A DNA stretch of 62,581 nucleotides, the filler included, from Diploschistes diacapsis (taxonomy: Eukaryota), in the NCBI GenBank assembly GCA_023645945.1. It is 5 parts of 5 records of this genome, joined end to end, with 100 filler letters (N's around TTAATTAATTAA, not from the genome) between each part and the next. Parts side by side here need not be neighbours in the genome. Positions count along the whole stretch, not along the records: positions 46,874 to 54,685 come from JALAIB010001235.1; positions 54,786 to 62,581 come from JALAIB010001236.1; 3 more parts are not named here. One strand, given 5' to 3'. This document shows positions 47,992 to 60,736 of this stretch, one piece after another (positions within the stretch are counted from its first letter, which is position 1; the number at the start of each line of letters is the position of its first letter). The position numbers and the translations under genes were made by a program. The notes under the pieces are model-generated. The model saw only the letters and a list, made by a program, of their open reading frames with translations. It was not told the origin of the DNA and did no database searches.

Positions 47992-50954
47992 TAAAGTCAA
48001 TGCAGAGTACAGATTTGAGCCGCTTGGGCCTGGGCAACTCCGTACGATAAATCCGATCCTGGACAACTTGCAGGATCCTCAGCCAGCTGGACCTAAGATA
48101 AAAATGCTCTCATGTCACGCTCCCCCAGTTACTTTATTGAGTTACAATAGTCCGCCGGCGTCGGACGCTGTCCTGTTCAACTCCCATATGGTCTCGGATC
48201 ATCTTGCCGTGGAGCTGTTTTAATATATATTTCATGGGCTTTCTCCTCCCCGCGGTAACCCATTCTCGTGATCCAGGATCCCTTTGAATGCTTTCGTGTA
48301 TCGAAGTATATCCTATTCTTGGCTCCCATGGCAGCCGCTAGTGGCACTTGAGAACTATCCCTGTTCGGGTCGCTTCATTCTCATTTATAGAGCAGTTTGA
48401 TCGATGGGTACAGGTTCTTCAGCCCGGCGTTATGAATGGTAAGCTCTCCGTTAGTTCATTCTTTGACTAACCAGCTAGCTTCGCTCAATGTGGGTTTTCA
48501 AAGTTGCATGGCAAAATTATTCCAGCCGCCCCTAGATGTGAAACCACGACATGCGGGAGCTAATTCCCCCTTTCTTTCGAAACCTGTTCGGACGAAATCC
48601 CTTAATACAGCCGCCAGTCCATCGTATGTCAGAGCTGTCCCAAGGTCGATATCTGTCTGCATTCGATACTTGACACGGTAGCGATTAAGGACAGTTACCT
48701 CCTTCGGGGTTGCCCCACAACTAAGTTTGCGAAGAGGTTGCATGCGCTCAAGCTTCTGTCCATGCTCAAAAGGGCTCAGAACCACCCGGGCCACGCATTT
48801 TGTCGTATTATTGATGAAGGCTGCTTGAAAATGAATAGCTACATGGGTTCTATATGCGACAAACTGGAGGCAGCTGCTGGTGGAATGAGGTGTCGAGTGC
48901 CCTGGATGATCCTTGACGTCGCACGAGAGATCGCTGCACAGTCTATGGGAAGAGGAGAGCTCTGGATTGTCAACCAGTGGTGCTCATAACATGGAGAAGA
49001 GCCCTACACGCTGAGACGATGCCGGAGTACCACTAACCGCCTTCGGGATTGGAGGGACTTCACAGCTGGTTACAAGAGGATCTACAATACCCTGTAATAT
49101 CGTACTTCCAAACACATCATCATTCTATATTGATAGGTTGGATATGGATGCACCGGTTGGCATCATGGGCCTGTCAGACTTTGAAGAGATGATCACGCCG
49201 GATTTCCGTTTGGGACATAATGACAACCCCGGCTTTGGGGTTCCGAAGTATCAGGCTATTGACGGGAATGAGGCGCCATAGGCTTTGGATAAGTTGGCTT
49301 TGCTTGAAATGAACTATCATTCATACCTCAAGCTTACTTGCTGAAAGTATGTTCCGCGCAGCCCTGCTTCGCCTCCGGCTTCGGAACCCTAGGGTCTTCT
49401 CGGTTCTCAGCTTGCAATTGCTGGTTCTTAGCGGAGTGAGTGCCTGCGCATTCCGCGATCGGATGTATCCCTCGACCAGAGCCTTGCAAAGCTTCTGAGC
49501 GCCTGTGTCATCGCATCCCATGGTAGTGGTGTCGATACCGCACTGCCTTGCATAGCGCAGGCAAGTCTGCGTATCTGACGTGGAAAAATCGATCAACCTA
49601 TCAATTAAATTGAAATCCAAAGGGCGCTGAAAGTCATGGCTACCATTCGGAGTGTAATAGGCTCCGAAACCTTCCCGCAAGTCTCCCAAACTCAGATTCG
49701 TTGCTAAAGAGGCTGAGCGTCAGAGCAATTAACATATCTTCGATGGACAGCATGAAATGCTATCGGCTCTGTCGTGGTTAGTGATAGAAGACTTTACAAG
49801 GAATGGATCGCTTTACAGGGTATAAACTTGTTCAATCTTCTTGAAATGGAAACTATGCGACAACAGAACACTAGCTCCTGACGTTTTCGACTCCATCTTA
49901 TACTTTCATCAGCTTCTAGCAATGCTCCAATCTGTTCTAATTTACTTTTTGCTCGTTTCTGTTTCGGTGTGTTCGGTTCATGTCGGAATTCTTTACGCAA
50001 ATGCTTCAAAGACACTTCAGAACACTGCCGAAGCTTTGGATGGTATGGACGTCCTTGAAAAACATCACGACTTTCTCATACGAGGATTTGACCATCTGTC
50101 GCAGTCAAACTCTGTCACAGAACTTTGGGCTTAATAGCTCAGACCAGTCGATTTCGCCTGCTGGGATCCAGATCACGTTGTTCATGGGAGGCAATAAGAC
50201 GCCGTAAGAACATATCGATCGTGCCTACCATTACAACGACTACTGGATCTGGTCGCTGCTAAATCTCACACCTGGAATAAACTGCTCTATGGTTGTTCAA
50301 GATGGCTCGGTACGGGTTTAGCTGCTTCAACCAAGGGCAGAACAACTTCTGCGCCAACAATCCTACAGCTGCGCTTGGATGCGCGGACGCTTACTTGACG
50401 AAATTGCTCGTGCAGCAGGCCCATCAATTCGCCCTTCCGTGGATGATCTAAATGACCGCCTCGGCTGTGCTTGCACCAGGGTTCTTGTCCGCATCACCGT
50501 TTGCGCCCCAAAAATGGTCATCAAGCAAAATATCCTAAAGAAACCGCTGGCGAGTCGTCAAGGCACACCTATCCACGGCAAGCTTATCTATCTTATTTTG
50601 TCTTCTAGTGACCTTGTGGGTAGCTTTGAAGCCTTTACCCTTGTTTAATGCAGGGGTCGAAGGTACTACGCATGGCTTTACCAAAGTTCTCTCGATTAGA
50701 AGAGAAGGTTAGATACTCAGAGTGTGCTTAGACCATCAAGGTCTGTTGAATAGCCGACAACCATTGCCTCACAGTCTTGGGAGGCGTTTTTCTTCTCTTT
50801 GTCTCTACTTCGCCATCTCCAACCTGGCTATGGCATCAGCATCAGCATGTCTGTATCTCTGTTGTCTCGATTTCGGGATCGAGGATAAAGGAAACTCCTT
50901 CGACATTTCGCAAATAATCTAGCTGTAATTACACTATAGCAATTCGAGGTAGAG

Positions 50955-53900
50955 ATGGCGAGGCGACAAAACCGAGTTGCCATTCTTGGTCTGAGCTGAC
51001 GCCTTCCCGGTTTTGCTAGCGATCCAGAGCGATTAAGGGATATCTTGGCCTTTGGGAGGGACATGTGGACGCCTGCGCCATCTGATCGCTACAATAAGAA
51101 GCATTTTCTTCATCTGGATGCTGACATTAATGGAACGCACAACTGTCATGGTGGACATTTCATCAGCGATGACGTTGCCATATTTGACGCAGGATTCTTT
51201 GAAATTAGCCCACAGGAGGCGCAGGCTATGGATCCGCAACAGAGGCTGCTACTAAAAGCAACGTACCAAGCATGTGAGAATGTGGGTATACAATGGAGGT
51301 TTTGCGCGGCTCTAATCTCTACACGGCAAGCTTCACTAATGATTACGATCGCAATATGTATAAAGTCCTATTATCCTACCAAAATACCACGTCACTGGCT
51401 GTGGTGAAACCATTCTAGCAAACAGGATACCGTACGTCTTCAACGTGAAGGGCTCTTCAGTACACTGGATACGGGATGTAGCGGAGAGCTGGTAGCCCTG
51501 CACCAAAGCCTGTCAAAGCTTGTGCTTAGGCGAATGCGATATGGCTGTAGCAGCGGGCGCTAATCTTATATTGAGTCTCGACTACACGATAACCATGAGT
51601 AATCAATAGTATGCTCTCTTCCTTATCAGACAACAAAATGTTTTACTGGCCGCAGTATGGTAAACAGCCAAGGCCGGTCCTTCTCCTTCGACTCGCCGGG
51701 GTCAGGCTATGGTCGGGGAAAGGGCCTGAAACATGCTATGCGCGATGGCGGTCCAGTGAGCGCTTTGCTTAGAGGCACTGGCATAAATCAGGACGGTAGG
51801 ACGGCAGGATCACGAGGCCGAATGCTGCGTCGCAGCAGCTTCTGATTGATTGCGTGCTACAATAAATCCAAATTGACCCAGCAACGATTCAGGCACATGG
51901 AATAGGAACAAAGCGGGAGATGAATCGGAACTCGAAGCACTTGCAAGCGCGATATGCGCCAACAGAGATAGTAAAATATGGGTTGGCTCAATCAAATTCG
52001 ACATAGGACATTGAGAAACTTCATGGTGGTTTGGCCGGTCCAGTAAAAGCTGTTATGATCTTCAGTAAGAAGCAAATACCTCCCACCGTTGACTTTCGTA
52101 CTGCTAAGCCCACTCTAAGTCTCACTTGGAGAACATTAAGCTATAGTACAAGGCTTTAAACCCAACCCATGTACCACTACTGATCCTTTTTACTTAGATC
52201 CCGCAACTGTTGGACCGCATACCTGTCTCCGATATTCCTTTGCTATCCATAAGTAGTTTCGGTTACGGGGGAACCAATGCCTATACTATCCCAGAAGGGC
52301 TTCCCCAATCAGAGCTACTACGACATCCACAAAGATCGTTGACAAACTCTAGAAATGGACAAACACACTCTGGGCGGTCTCGTTTGTTCCTGCTTTCTGC
52401 ACAGTCAGAAGAGTCGGTTAAAAGAGGTGCCATAGAACTCTGGCGTTGGGTCCTGGAGCATCCGCAAGGTGGTGATTGCGAAGGTCTTTGCTCATGTACT
52501 CATGAACCGCCGAACACGGTTCCTGTGCACGTCAACTTATGTTGCGAGTGACCATCAAGAGTTAGTTATAACCTTGCAGGCTTCGAAACCTCCCCGTCGC
52601 TCATATGCCTCGCTGAATATTGCCCAATCTCTCACTCCATCACCGTGAAAAATCAGGTAGGTGACAATATTAACCTAGCACAAGACTTAAAGACCCGATC
52701 AGAAGCCGTGCAGCATCTTCCGAATAGATCTCATGAGTCTCGGCTTCCGCGACTTCTTTTCACTGATTTGCAAAACAGTATCGAATTGTATTTGGAATCA
52801 CGGAAACCTTTATGTCACCTTCGCAAGCCCAGCGATGTTCGAATGCTATTAAGGACTTCTCGAGAAAATGGCTCAAGAGGCAAACTCCAAAACCGATTGC
52901 GGGAAGCATTCAATGATCCTGCGGTCGAGGACTGGTTGTCGGTCTTGTACACCAATAGTATATTTCTGAGCTCAAGAGTGCCGCTTCACCTAGTCCATAA
53001 GTTCTTCGCTTCTCATCCGCTTTCCAAGACACCTCACACTCAGGCCGAACGCGCTGCGATCATGGCAGTGGCTGCATTCCAACTGCAGAAGATGGTGGAG
53101 ATGGGAGCGCTTGAGCCAGAGTATGAGAACGAGATACTGCTTTGTAACGACCAGTTTTTCAATATTACTTCAACGTCAATCATGAGCCAGGTACAACGCT
53201 TGATAATATGAGATGGTATACTGGAAATTACCACATTGCGGTGCTTCGACGCGGCCATATCTTCAGAGTTGCCGAAGGAAAGGACGGTCGTGCTGCTGCG
53301 TATGAAGAGTTGAAATCCGCTTTTAAATCTATTCTGGATGCCTCAGAAACGCTTGTACCGTCAATAGCCTCACTGACAGCTAAGGAGCGAGATTTCTGGG
53401 CAAGGGTGAGCCTTCTTCGAGCGCAGAGCGGTACTGGAGGCGCCACTAACGGTTTCTAGCTTCGCGAAGATGTCAAGTCGAACCAGCGAAGAGAACTCGG
53501 CCACACCCAGCACCGCTGAGGAATCCGCATACGTTATGTGCCTCGACAACGACGCTCCACAAACCCCCCGTCCGAGCGAGGCGACCAATTTTATTTGGGA
53601 GACCCCGCCAACAGATGGAGCGACAAGGGTCTGCAATTTGTGGTCTGCGAGAATAGTCTCTTCTCCAATCGCCGGCCACGGGAAGCTTGAGGGTACAGGC
53701 GTCCGTCCCATTGATACGGCTCGTCGCCGAAGCGATCCTTAACCAACTAGCCAGCCCGGAAAAGCAGCTTTACGGACGGCCATGTAGATGGGCACACCAA
53801 CGACCCACTCGCAGGACCATGACCTCGTCAGCAAGCACTCTTTCAGTCTCTCACCCTCCCTCCTCTCCCACGCCGCTTATGTGCGCTCCCGCTTCCTCAC

Positions 53901-54600
53901 CGCTCAGTCCATCGAAAATAACCCACATACACCTCACCGCCCTCAACACCGCCTTCATCCGCGCAAAGCAAGTGCCCTGCCAAAACCTGCTACAACCTCA
54001 TTATCAGCTCATCTGCGCAACGTGGGTACGGTCGCGTGACGCCGATCCGCCCAAACCGTCTCATTAAGCCGGCTTCCCACGAGGGGCCGCGTCGACTTCT
54101 TTTACATCCTGTCTGTCTGCGTAGAGCGGAGGTCTTCATCAAAGAAAGCCCCAGGCCTCCTCCTCGCGCCAGACGTTCAAGCCGAGGCCCAAACCACGGC
54201 CCCCGACGAGCAACCCAGCCTCATCGCTGAAGGCCTCCCCACGCCTGACGGTCCCCAACGGAAAAGGCCCCCGCCAAGCCCCGTCTCGCGCACCACGGGC
54301 CGACAAGCGTTTTTTTTCTCTCTCTCGCACACATGCACCTGCTCCCCAGGACTCGCGCAGCGCCCCGGCCACGACCATGTCCCGCGACCCGTTCCAGGAC
54401 CCCCTTGTGGCGGGGGGACGAGACGCGGCGGGACGAAGATCGCGTGGCCGTGCGCATAGGCCTGCTTGGAGGGGCCCTGCCGATCGAGGAGGACTGCGCT
54501 CCTGCTACCGGCGAGGGAGAAAACGTGTGGAATGCATTATCGGCGTCAAGGAGGATGGATGCAGGTTTTTAATGTGTAGACGTGGCCGGGGGTTCAGTGA
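50955..54600 (+). pseudogene. Pseudogene of a reducing-type PKS with a C-terminal carnitine acyltransferase domain (KS + linker joined to ACP tail + cAT; AT through KR missing)
   Basis: KS motifs VAILGLS*RLPG (stop at 50997), FDAGFF..EAQAMDPQQRLLL, LDTGCSG, GSGYGRG, NQDGRT, VGSIK..IGH, SISSFGYGGTNA. cAT motifs LPRL, DWLSVLYTNSIFL, HIAVLRRGHIFRV, IASLTAKERDFWA, SAYVMCLD, NRWSDK. Many stops and frameshifts. Confidence 0.85.
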
Positions 54601-54685
54601 GAGAGGCTTTGTGGCGCGATTAGGAGGGTTTGGAGGCGGGGGCGTGATTTGGGTGTGGTGATTTGGTAGTGGGGGATGTTGGGGG

Positions 54686-54785
54686 NNNNNNNNNNNNNNN
54701 NNNNNNNNNNNNNNNNNNNNNNNNNNNNNTTAATTAATTAANNNNNNNNNNNNNNNNNNNNNNNNNNNNNNNNNNNNNNNNNNNN
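54686..54785. other. Artificial contig spacer
   Basis: Same linker. Confidence 0.98.
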
Positions 54786-54970
54786 CCCCCCCAGCCAAAA
54801 GTGCTAGCCGCGTATTCAACCAAAACTGTGCGCCCTTCGCTAGATGCTGCTTGATGCGATGCAGTTAATCCGTCTGGACAAACGATCCACCGCCAACAGC
54901 GAATCGACCAACTCGGCAACTGGGAGTCGGAAAGCAAGGGTTCCATCGTGCGAAGGAACCCATAGATCAT

Positions 54971-55984
54971 TCACTCGGCAGACGGCGAAAATTGGCTATT
55001 CGACCTCTTCTTGGTCCCCAAGCGCCCAGCCATCTTCTTCCAAATATTGTCGCTCTTCATCTTGGGACTCGACCCACCAAGGTCGCTGGACGGCGGTGTG
55101 GTGGGAGGGGTGATGGGAGGATCTGTGGGGCTTGGTATGCTGCCAGAATCGTCCGTCATCAGGTCGGTATTTGGGCTATTGCGAGAGCTATGTCGCGAGC
55201 CAGTCGAGGCTTGCGAGTGACGTGCATTGTCCCCAAAATGCGAAGTCACATCCATCGCTGTCGTCTTCCTCCGGGAGCGACTTCGATTCCTAGTGTCTTC
55301 AGGGCCCATTCGCACGCGGAGTCGGTCTTCCGACTCACTGTCTTCCTGTATCGATGCTGCACTTCGCGTGGGCGATAGTTCGCTGACGAAAGACATGAGG
55401 CTCGACTCGCTCATCAGCTCGTATGCTCTCTGGATGGCAATATCTAGCGTGTCCGCTGGCGGGGGTGTTGATTGATTCGGAAGGGTGAGCAGGGCGTCTC
55501 TGACGTTGGACGGAAGATTGACCTCTCTCGGGGCGCCGGGTGAAATGTATGCTTTGATCAGCTTTTGCCAGAGTCTCTTCACTTCGTCTCGTTTCTGAAA
55601 GTGTGGAGACCTCGAAACGTCCGAGAATTCGGCCTTGAAAGCCTCATATTCCTTCTGATAGCGCTGGGCGTCTTTGACAAATTCGAGGTTTTCCAGGCAA
55701 TGGTTTTGCGACAGGTGAGCCGTGAAGGCGCTCAGCGTCCACGGCGGTGGTGCCGTGTTAGTGAGGATTTCCTGCAAAGTTGGGACTCTTGGACAGTACG
55801 GTCCTATTGGATGGAACCCTCCAATTCCAATGCTTAACGGGCGGGTCGATGGTATGTTCTCTTCCGATGACATCGCTTCTTCGTCATCGGCTTCGCCGTC
55901 AGAAAAAACCAAAGACGGTGGTGGAGAATGCTCGGGCGAGGGCAAGGATATCTGAAACTGTGGTGTCTGAGGCTTCGCAACCAT
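54971..55984 (-). CDS. Regulator of G-protein signalling, RgsA-like (single RGS domain)
   Basis: PTLQEILTNTAPPPWTLSAFTAHLSQNHCLENLEF...YISPGAPREVNLPSNVRD; Ser/Pro-rich tail PPITPPTTPP. First ATG at 55984; the frame is also open to a GTG at 56005. Confidence 0.88.
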   Translation of the reverse strand: MVAKPQTPQFQISLPSPEHSPPPSLVFSDGEADDEEAMSSEENIPSTRPLSIGIGGFHPIGPYCPRVPTLQEILTNTAPPPWTLSAFTAHLSQNHCLENLEFVKDAQRYQKEYEAFKAEFSDVSRSPHFQKRDEVKRLWQKLIKAYISPGAPREVNLPSNVRDALLTLPNQSTPPPADTLDIAIQRAYELMSESSLMSFVSELSPTRSAASIQEDSESEDRLRVRMGPEDTRNRSRSRRKTTAMDVTSHFGDNARHSQASTGSRHSSRNSPNTDLMTDDSGSIPSPTDPPITPPTTPPSSDLGGSSPKMKSDNIWKKMAGRLGTKKRSNSQFSPSAE

Positions 55985-57089
55985 TATCTTTCTCCAGAAT
56001 TTCACTCGTGAACCCGATAGCCCTTGCTTGGTGATAGTAGTGCTAGTGCTAGCGCTCCGAGGAACGTAGTAGGTTGACGAACAAATGGAAGAGCTTCGTG
56101 TAGCCAGGGTGACGATGAGCCTCGATTCCTCGAGGAAGTATATCGTGCTCGACGGTGGTCCTCATCTACTGCCACCAACTCGCGTGGGCGTCGGTCGCTG
56201 GCCTTCGAAAGTGGAATGTTTGTTTGTGGAGAGGTTCTGGATAACAACGAGAAACCGAGGACCAGGTAGTCGCCTGATAGTTAAGCCAAGCCGAAGCAGT
56301 CCAAAGAACTTGAACAATGAAAACTGTCACAATAGGTAGGCAGCCTTCAAATCCGTCAAAAGCCTAGCGATGCTGCAGTCAACCCGAATACAACCAGTGA
56401 TCGACAGGGAAGTATGCAAATTGGATTGTATAAAGGTATCGAGGTCGGCTATCTGCTGATGTCTCTCAAAAGCAACTAGCCTTGAATCCGATGTCTTGGG
56501 AGGCCTCTGGGTCGGATCGTTATGTATTGTGAGCAGATAGTGCTGTACAGAAACCTGATGCACGTAGCGGAGTAGTGAAGAGCGAATAGCAGTCCCAGGT
56601 GGTTCAAGAAGGCAGTGATAATTCGAACGCTGCCGTTGTCAGGTTGTGCAAACTGGAGAAATTCGTAATCCGATCAAGGCGGCTGTAAGGGAGTGAAGGA
56701 CAAGGCCGAGGGAGATGACAAGATTTATTTGCAAAAGCCAAAATAATTGACGTCTTAGCTCAGTACGGCTGTCTAGCAGTCTGGCAGTCGTTCGTACCAG
56801 GGCAGCGAGAAAGGGGGAGGATGCAGAGATGGCAGAAAGACGATGCAGGCAGAGATGGGTAAAGACCAAGACCAAGACCAAGACCAAGCAGGAGATTGGG
56901 AGGGGAGGTATTGAAAGATTATGGATGGATTATGGGATGGCCGGGGGGGTAGAAATCAGAGTCGCAGAGCCGAAGGTTGGAGCTAAGGCAAGAGCGCCGA
57001 GCTGAGTAAAGCAGCGGGCGGAGAAGAAGTGCAGCAAAATGGCAGCAAATAGTGTTAATGGCAGCAAATCGGACCAACCACGAAAGGGT

Positions 57090-57380
57090 AGAAGGAGAAG
57101 AAGAAGAAGAAGAAGAAGAAGAGGAGGAAGAAAGAAGGAGGAGGAGAAGAAGTTGAAAAGGAGTGTCAGTGGCGTTCTTTGGGCAGCGTGTCAGACAGGT
57201 AATAATCCTAGTCCAGAGCTGGTCTAGTCAGTGAGACTAGAATCAATGGTTGTGCTTCCATAATACAAAAGACCATTGAGGCGTTTTCTAGAAGGCGACC
57301 AGAAGGGAAGAAAAGAAGGGAAAGGAGGGAGAGGAGAGGAGAGGAGAGGGAGCGAGGGGAGCGAGGGGAGCGAGGGAAGG
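57090..57380. repeat. Purine-rich (GAA/GAG)n and (GAGAG)n/(GAGCGAGGG)n tracts upstream of the RGS gene
   Basis: gaagaagaagaa... at ~57097-57150 and gaggagaggagag...gagcgagggga at ~57330-57380; CT-rich on the minus strand, as in fungal core promoters and 5' UTRs. Confidence 0.75.
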
Positions 57381-60300
57381 GCAACCAACTAACTAGGAAG
57401 GGCGTAGGTTGCAGGTTGCAGTAGTGTGACTTGGTACTGCAACTAGTCTTGTGGGCAGCAAGTACGAAGGAAACCCCATGGTGAAAGGTTAGCGCTGACT
57501 AGTGTGGCGCCATACAACGGCTCCTGATATATATGGGTATTTGGTGAAAGACACCTGCGCGCACTAATCACCGCTAACCTTTCTTCTAGGGCGTCCTTTG
57601 TAGTAGTATTCATTGTGTGTTGTGTGGCTTCACCGGCTACGCGTAATAGAGCTGACCACCAACCCACCAGCATGACTGCTTGAAAGAAAACCTAGCCTAG
57701 TAATTAATTATAATCGGAAACGCTGAGAAAGGAAAAGGCTTGCGACTGCTAACACACGAGACATAAGTATCCCCCGGGCCCCAAGCCCCCGGACGGCTTA
57801 GCCCCCAGCCCCTTTTTTTTGGAATTGCTGGTCGGAGCAAACTTCCGCTTCAAGCCCACCAATCAACGATTCCTATAGCTACTTGCATAATGCATAATGA
57901 CTATTCATCTATTTCTGCTCCTGGCTGATACCCCTTCCAAAGGGGCCATGGGCTTAAAGCAGACCTCAAGATACGATATATAGTTTCAGCATGATGATGC
58001 CACCCCTCACCTCTGTGGCCGGAAGCCGGCTTAGGCGCCAGCTGCCGCCTTCACCACGCGCTTGCTGATGCTGCAGATATCAAACTGTTGTCCATGGCCC
58101 TCTTCCGTCAGTGTCCGTGTGAAGTCCGTCTTCATAAGATGAGAGGAAACTACGCTCCTTGGTCTTGACTGGCTGTCCACCCTTGCAGCAGGGAGCAGCT
58201 CCTCATAAGGGGCTGCAGTACTAGGCTACACTTGTGCAGCTCGATGGGGGTCGCGGTTCATCTGAGTAGCTCTGCGTTCAACCCTCACCATGTGCCTAAC
58301 TTTTCGCTCTAGGTCGCCTGACTTGAACTTGACATCTCTGTTAGTTCTTCACATTCACGTATTGACTTTTGCCGCGTGACAGGTATGTATGAGCATGAAT
58401 TTATCTACAGCAAGCATACGAACCACTATTCCATCTTTCGATGCATATTCTTCGCAGCTTCCTGGACGAATACCAGTTGTTGGAGAACGAAGGTGATCCG
58501 TCGAGCACAGAAATCCCGCTGTTCTGTCGCTGGGAAAGCCCTGGAAGCGGATATCTTTCAAGAACCATAGTCAAGAGATGGCCGTTGCCATCTACCAGTC
58601 ACACAATCCTTCTATGCAGTTGTTGCATGTACAACTCAGTATGCTTATCGCTGTCCATTTCGACAAATAGCACATGCTGTTCCCCCGTGGTAGACCAAAA
58701 GTCACAATGTCATCTGCCTTTGAAGCAACTCCATTTAAACCTCACAGGGACATGGGATGCGCAAATGATAGTCCATTTCGAACTCAAGGCAGCTGTCGGC
58801 ATCCATACTCCGGGCACTTTCATACCTACCGTCAGCTCCACCAGCGGGCGAGCTATGGCAGGACTCTTTCGATACCTTATACCGGGCGCAGCGGGAATGA
58901 GCCGGTCTTCAATGGCGGAAAGCGGAGCTCCGCAACAGAGCTGGAGGGAGTTGCGACGAGTAGTAGGAGCGTCAATAGAAAAAGGTTTCAGCTGGAGCAC
59001 TGTCTTGCTAAGGTCGCTCGTGCTCCGTTTCGCTGTGATTATGAACATGCAAGGAGGCTCGCCGGATCTCGGTAAGATCCCTGGAGTGCAATAGGCTAGT
59101 AGCCGACTCGACCCTTGAAAAAATTGTCGGTTCTTTATTTTAAAGCCAAGCCATGCCAAAGCAACTTGTGAAACTACAAAGCGCCAGTTTAAATACCGCT
59201 AGGCCACGTAGCCAAAAGACCACCAACACTGGACTGTGCCAGTATTGTACTAAACCGTGATATATATACGCAATCATTCGTTGAGGTATGATGTAGCGCG
59301 GTATGATAAGGGAATCTAAACGAAATATGACAATCGAATGCAGACGCCGCATTTTCATATTAAATATAATCCGATGCCTGGGGCTCATGAGTTCGTTCGT
59401 CCTTCAGGGTAATTGGGGCCAAGCCATGCCAAGACGCTGTTTCCTGGCAATTCGCCATCTCGTATTTACCCATCATGGTTGTCGCTTCTCTGCAGGCAGT
59501 GTCATCCCCTGCTTAGCCCATCAGGCCGCTTTTACCTCAGACCTTTGCCGTTGGACCACTGAATAAACAAGGAGCAGAAAAAGGCTCTCTGATCGTTGGC
59601 CCGGTTCAGTATGGCAATGACCATAGTTAGTGGCTTCCAGTATTTCATGCGCCCCCCGCTTTCTACAAGCCCCAGCAAAAGAGCCATGGACACTTTATAT
59701 CGAGACATTTGGCGCTTAGCAGGTAGCAAGGCGCTTTTCTCATCACCAAGTCTGTGCGATGACGAAAATACCTCCCAAAATAATCTACCCATGACGTCTG
59801 GCCTGCGCGAATGACAGAACGCTGTTTAGCGTGCTAATCATCTCAATTATCGCCAGTCGATCAAGTTTGTGAGAGGCGAAGAGGGGGGCTGAAGATGGGT
59901 GGGGAAATCCTCAAGCCCAGATTGGACGGGATCGCGGGAAGGGGCGGGAGAAGGCCTTCAGAAAAGGATTGGCAGATCGAAAGGAAGTTTAAGAAGCTTC
60001 TAGCTGCTTTCTAGCGCTGTTCTACCGTACTTCTAGCGCTTTCCCTTTTCCGGAGACGCCCCGATTCCTTCTTGTTTTTTGTTTGGCTAGCTCTTCAAAA
60101 TGGGTACGAGCACGAAATGACCTGGTGTTCTCACGTTCAAACTGGTTCACCGCTCAACTGCATACTTGCTTTAGAATCCATAGTTCGGCATAGCCCGGTC
60201 CAATGGGATGCAGAAGGCAGCAAACCCGGCTTTCTCATTTGCAGACCTGCGAAGCGATAATCGGCTACGCGGGGCAAGTTCCTGCTGTATGCCTATTGCC

Positions 60301-60736
60301 CCGAGATTACAGCGACCATACCATGGGTGGGATCTCATTGCTCAGCGGAGCCTCCGGTGATGAAAGAGCCCGTCGTCATGGAAACACGTGTTCCCGACCA
60401 AGGCAGCAAGAGGAGCAGGAGCATTCCTCAGTGGCCGTCGGTCGAGCGAGAGTGCCGATTCTAAATCTTCTCTGATGCACAGATCCATCTTTGGACTGCA
60501 GGCACGCAAGCTAGGTGAAGCCGCCCGAAGAGATCTCACCCCATATGCCTGATGATTTGTTGTGCTTATCCTCTATGCAGGGGCTCACTTGGGAAAATTC
60601 GCAATGCACCAACTCTTTTTTTTTGGATCACATTCGCAAGGCTAATGGCATACCAGGTGTCATCAGCTGGCTTTTCTACTTCACATGCTTGTAGAGCTCT
60701 TTCAACGGTGATCTGCATTCAGCAATGAGCCGGCTT

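Noticed and set aside
30977..54741. Regularly spaced TTAATTAATTAA motif as a biological repeat or CRISPR-like array
   Set aside because: Always embedded in fixed N runs; it is a six-frame-stop assembly linker.
36343..55984. GPCR and RGS genes as a signalling gene cluster
   Set aside because: They lie on different contigs joined artificially.
58441..59094. 217-aa ORF between the RGS and RUS1 genes
   Set aside because: No recognisable family or codon bias, and similar-sized ORFs overlap it on both strands; cannot be supported without expression data.
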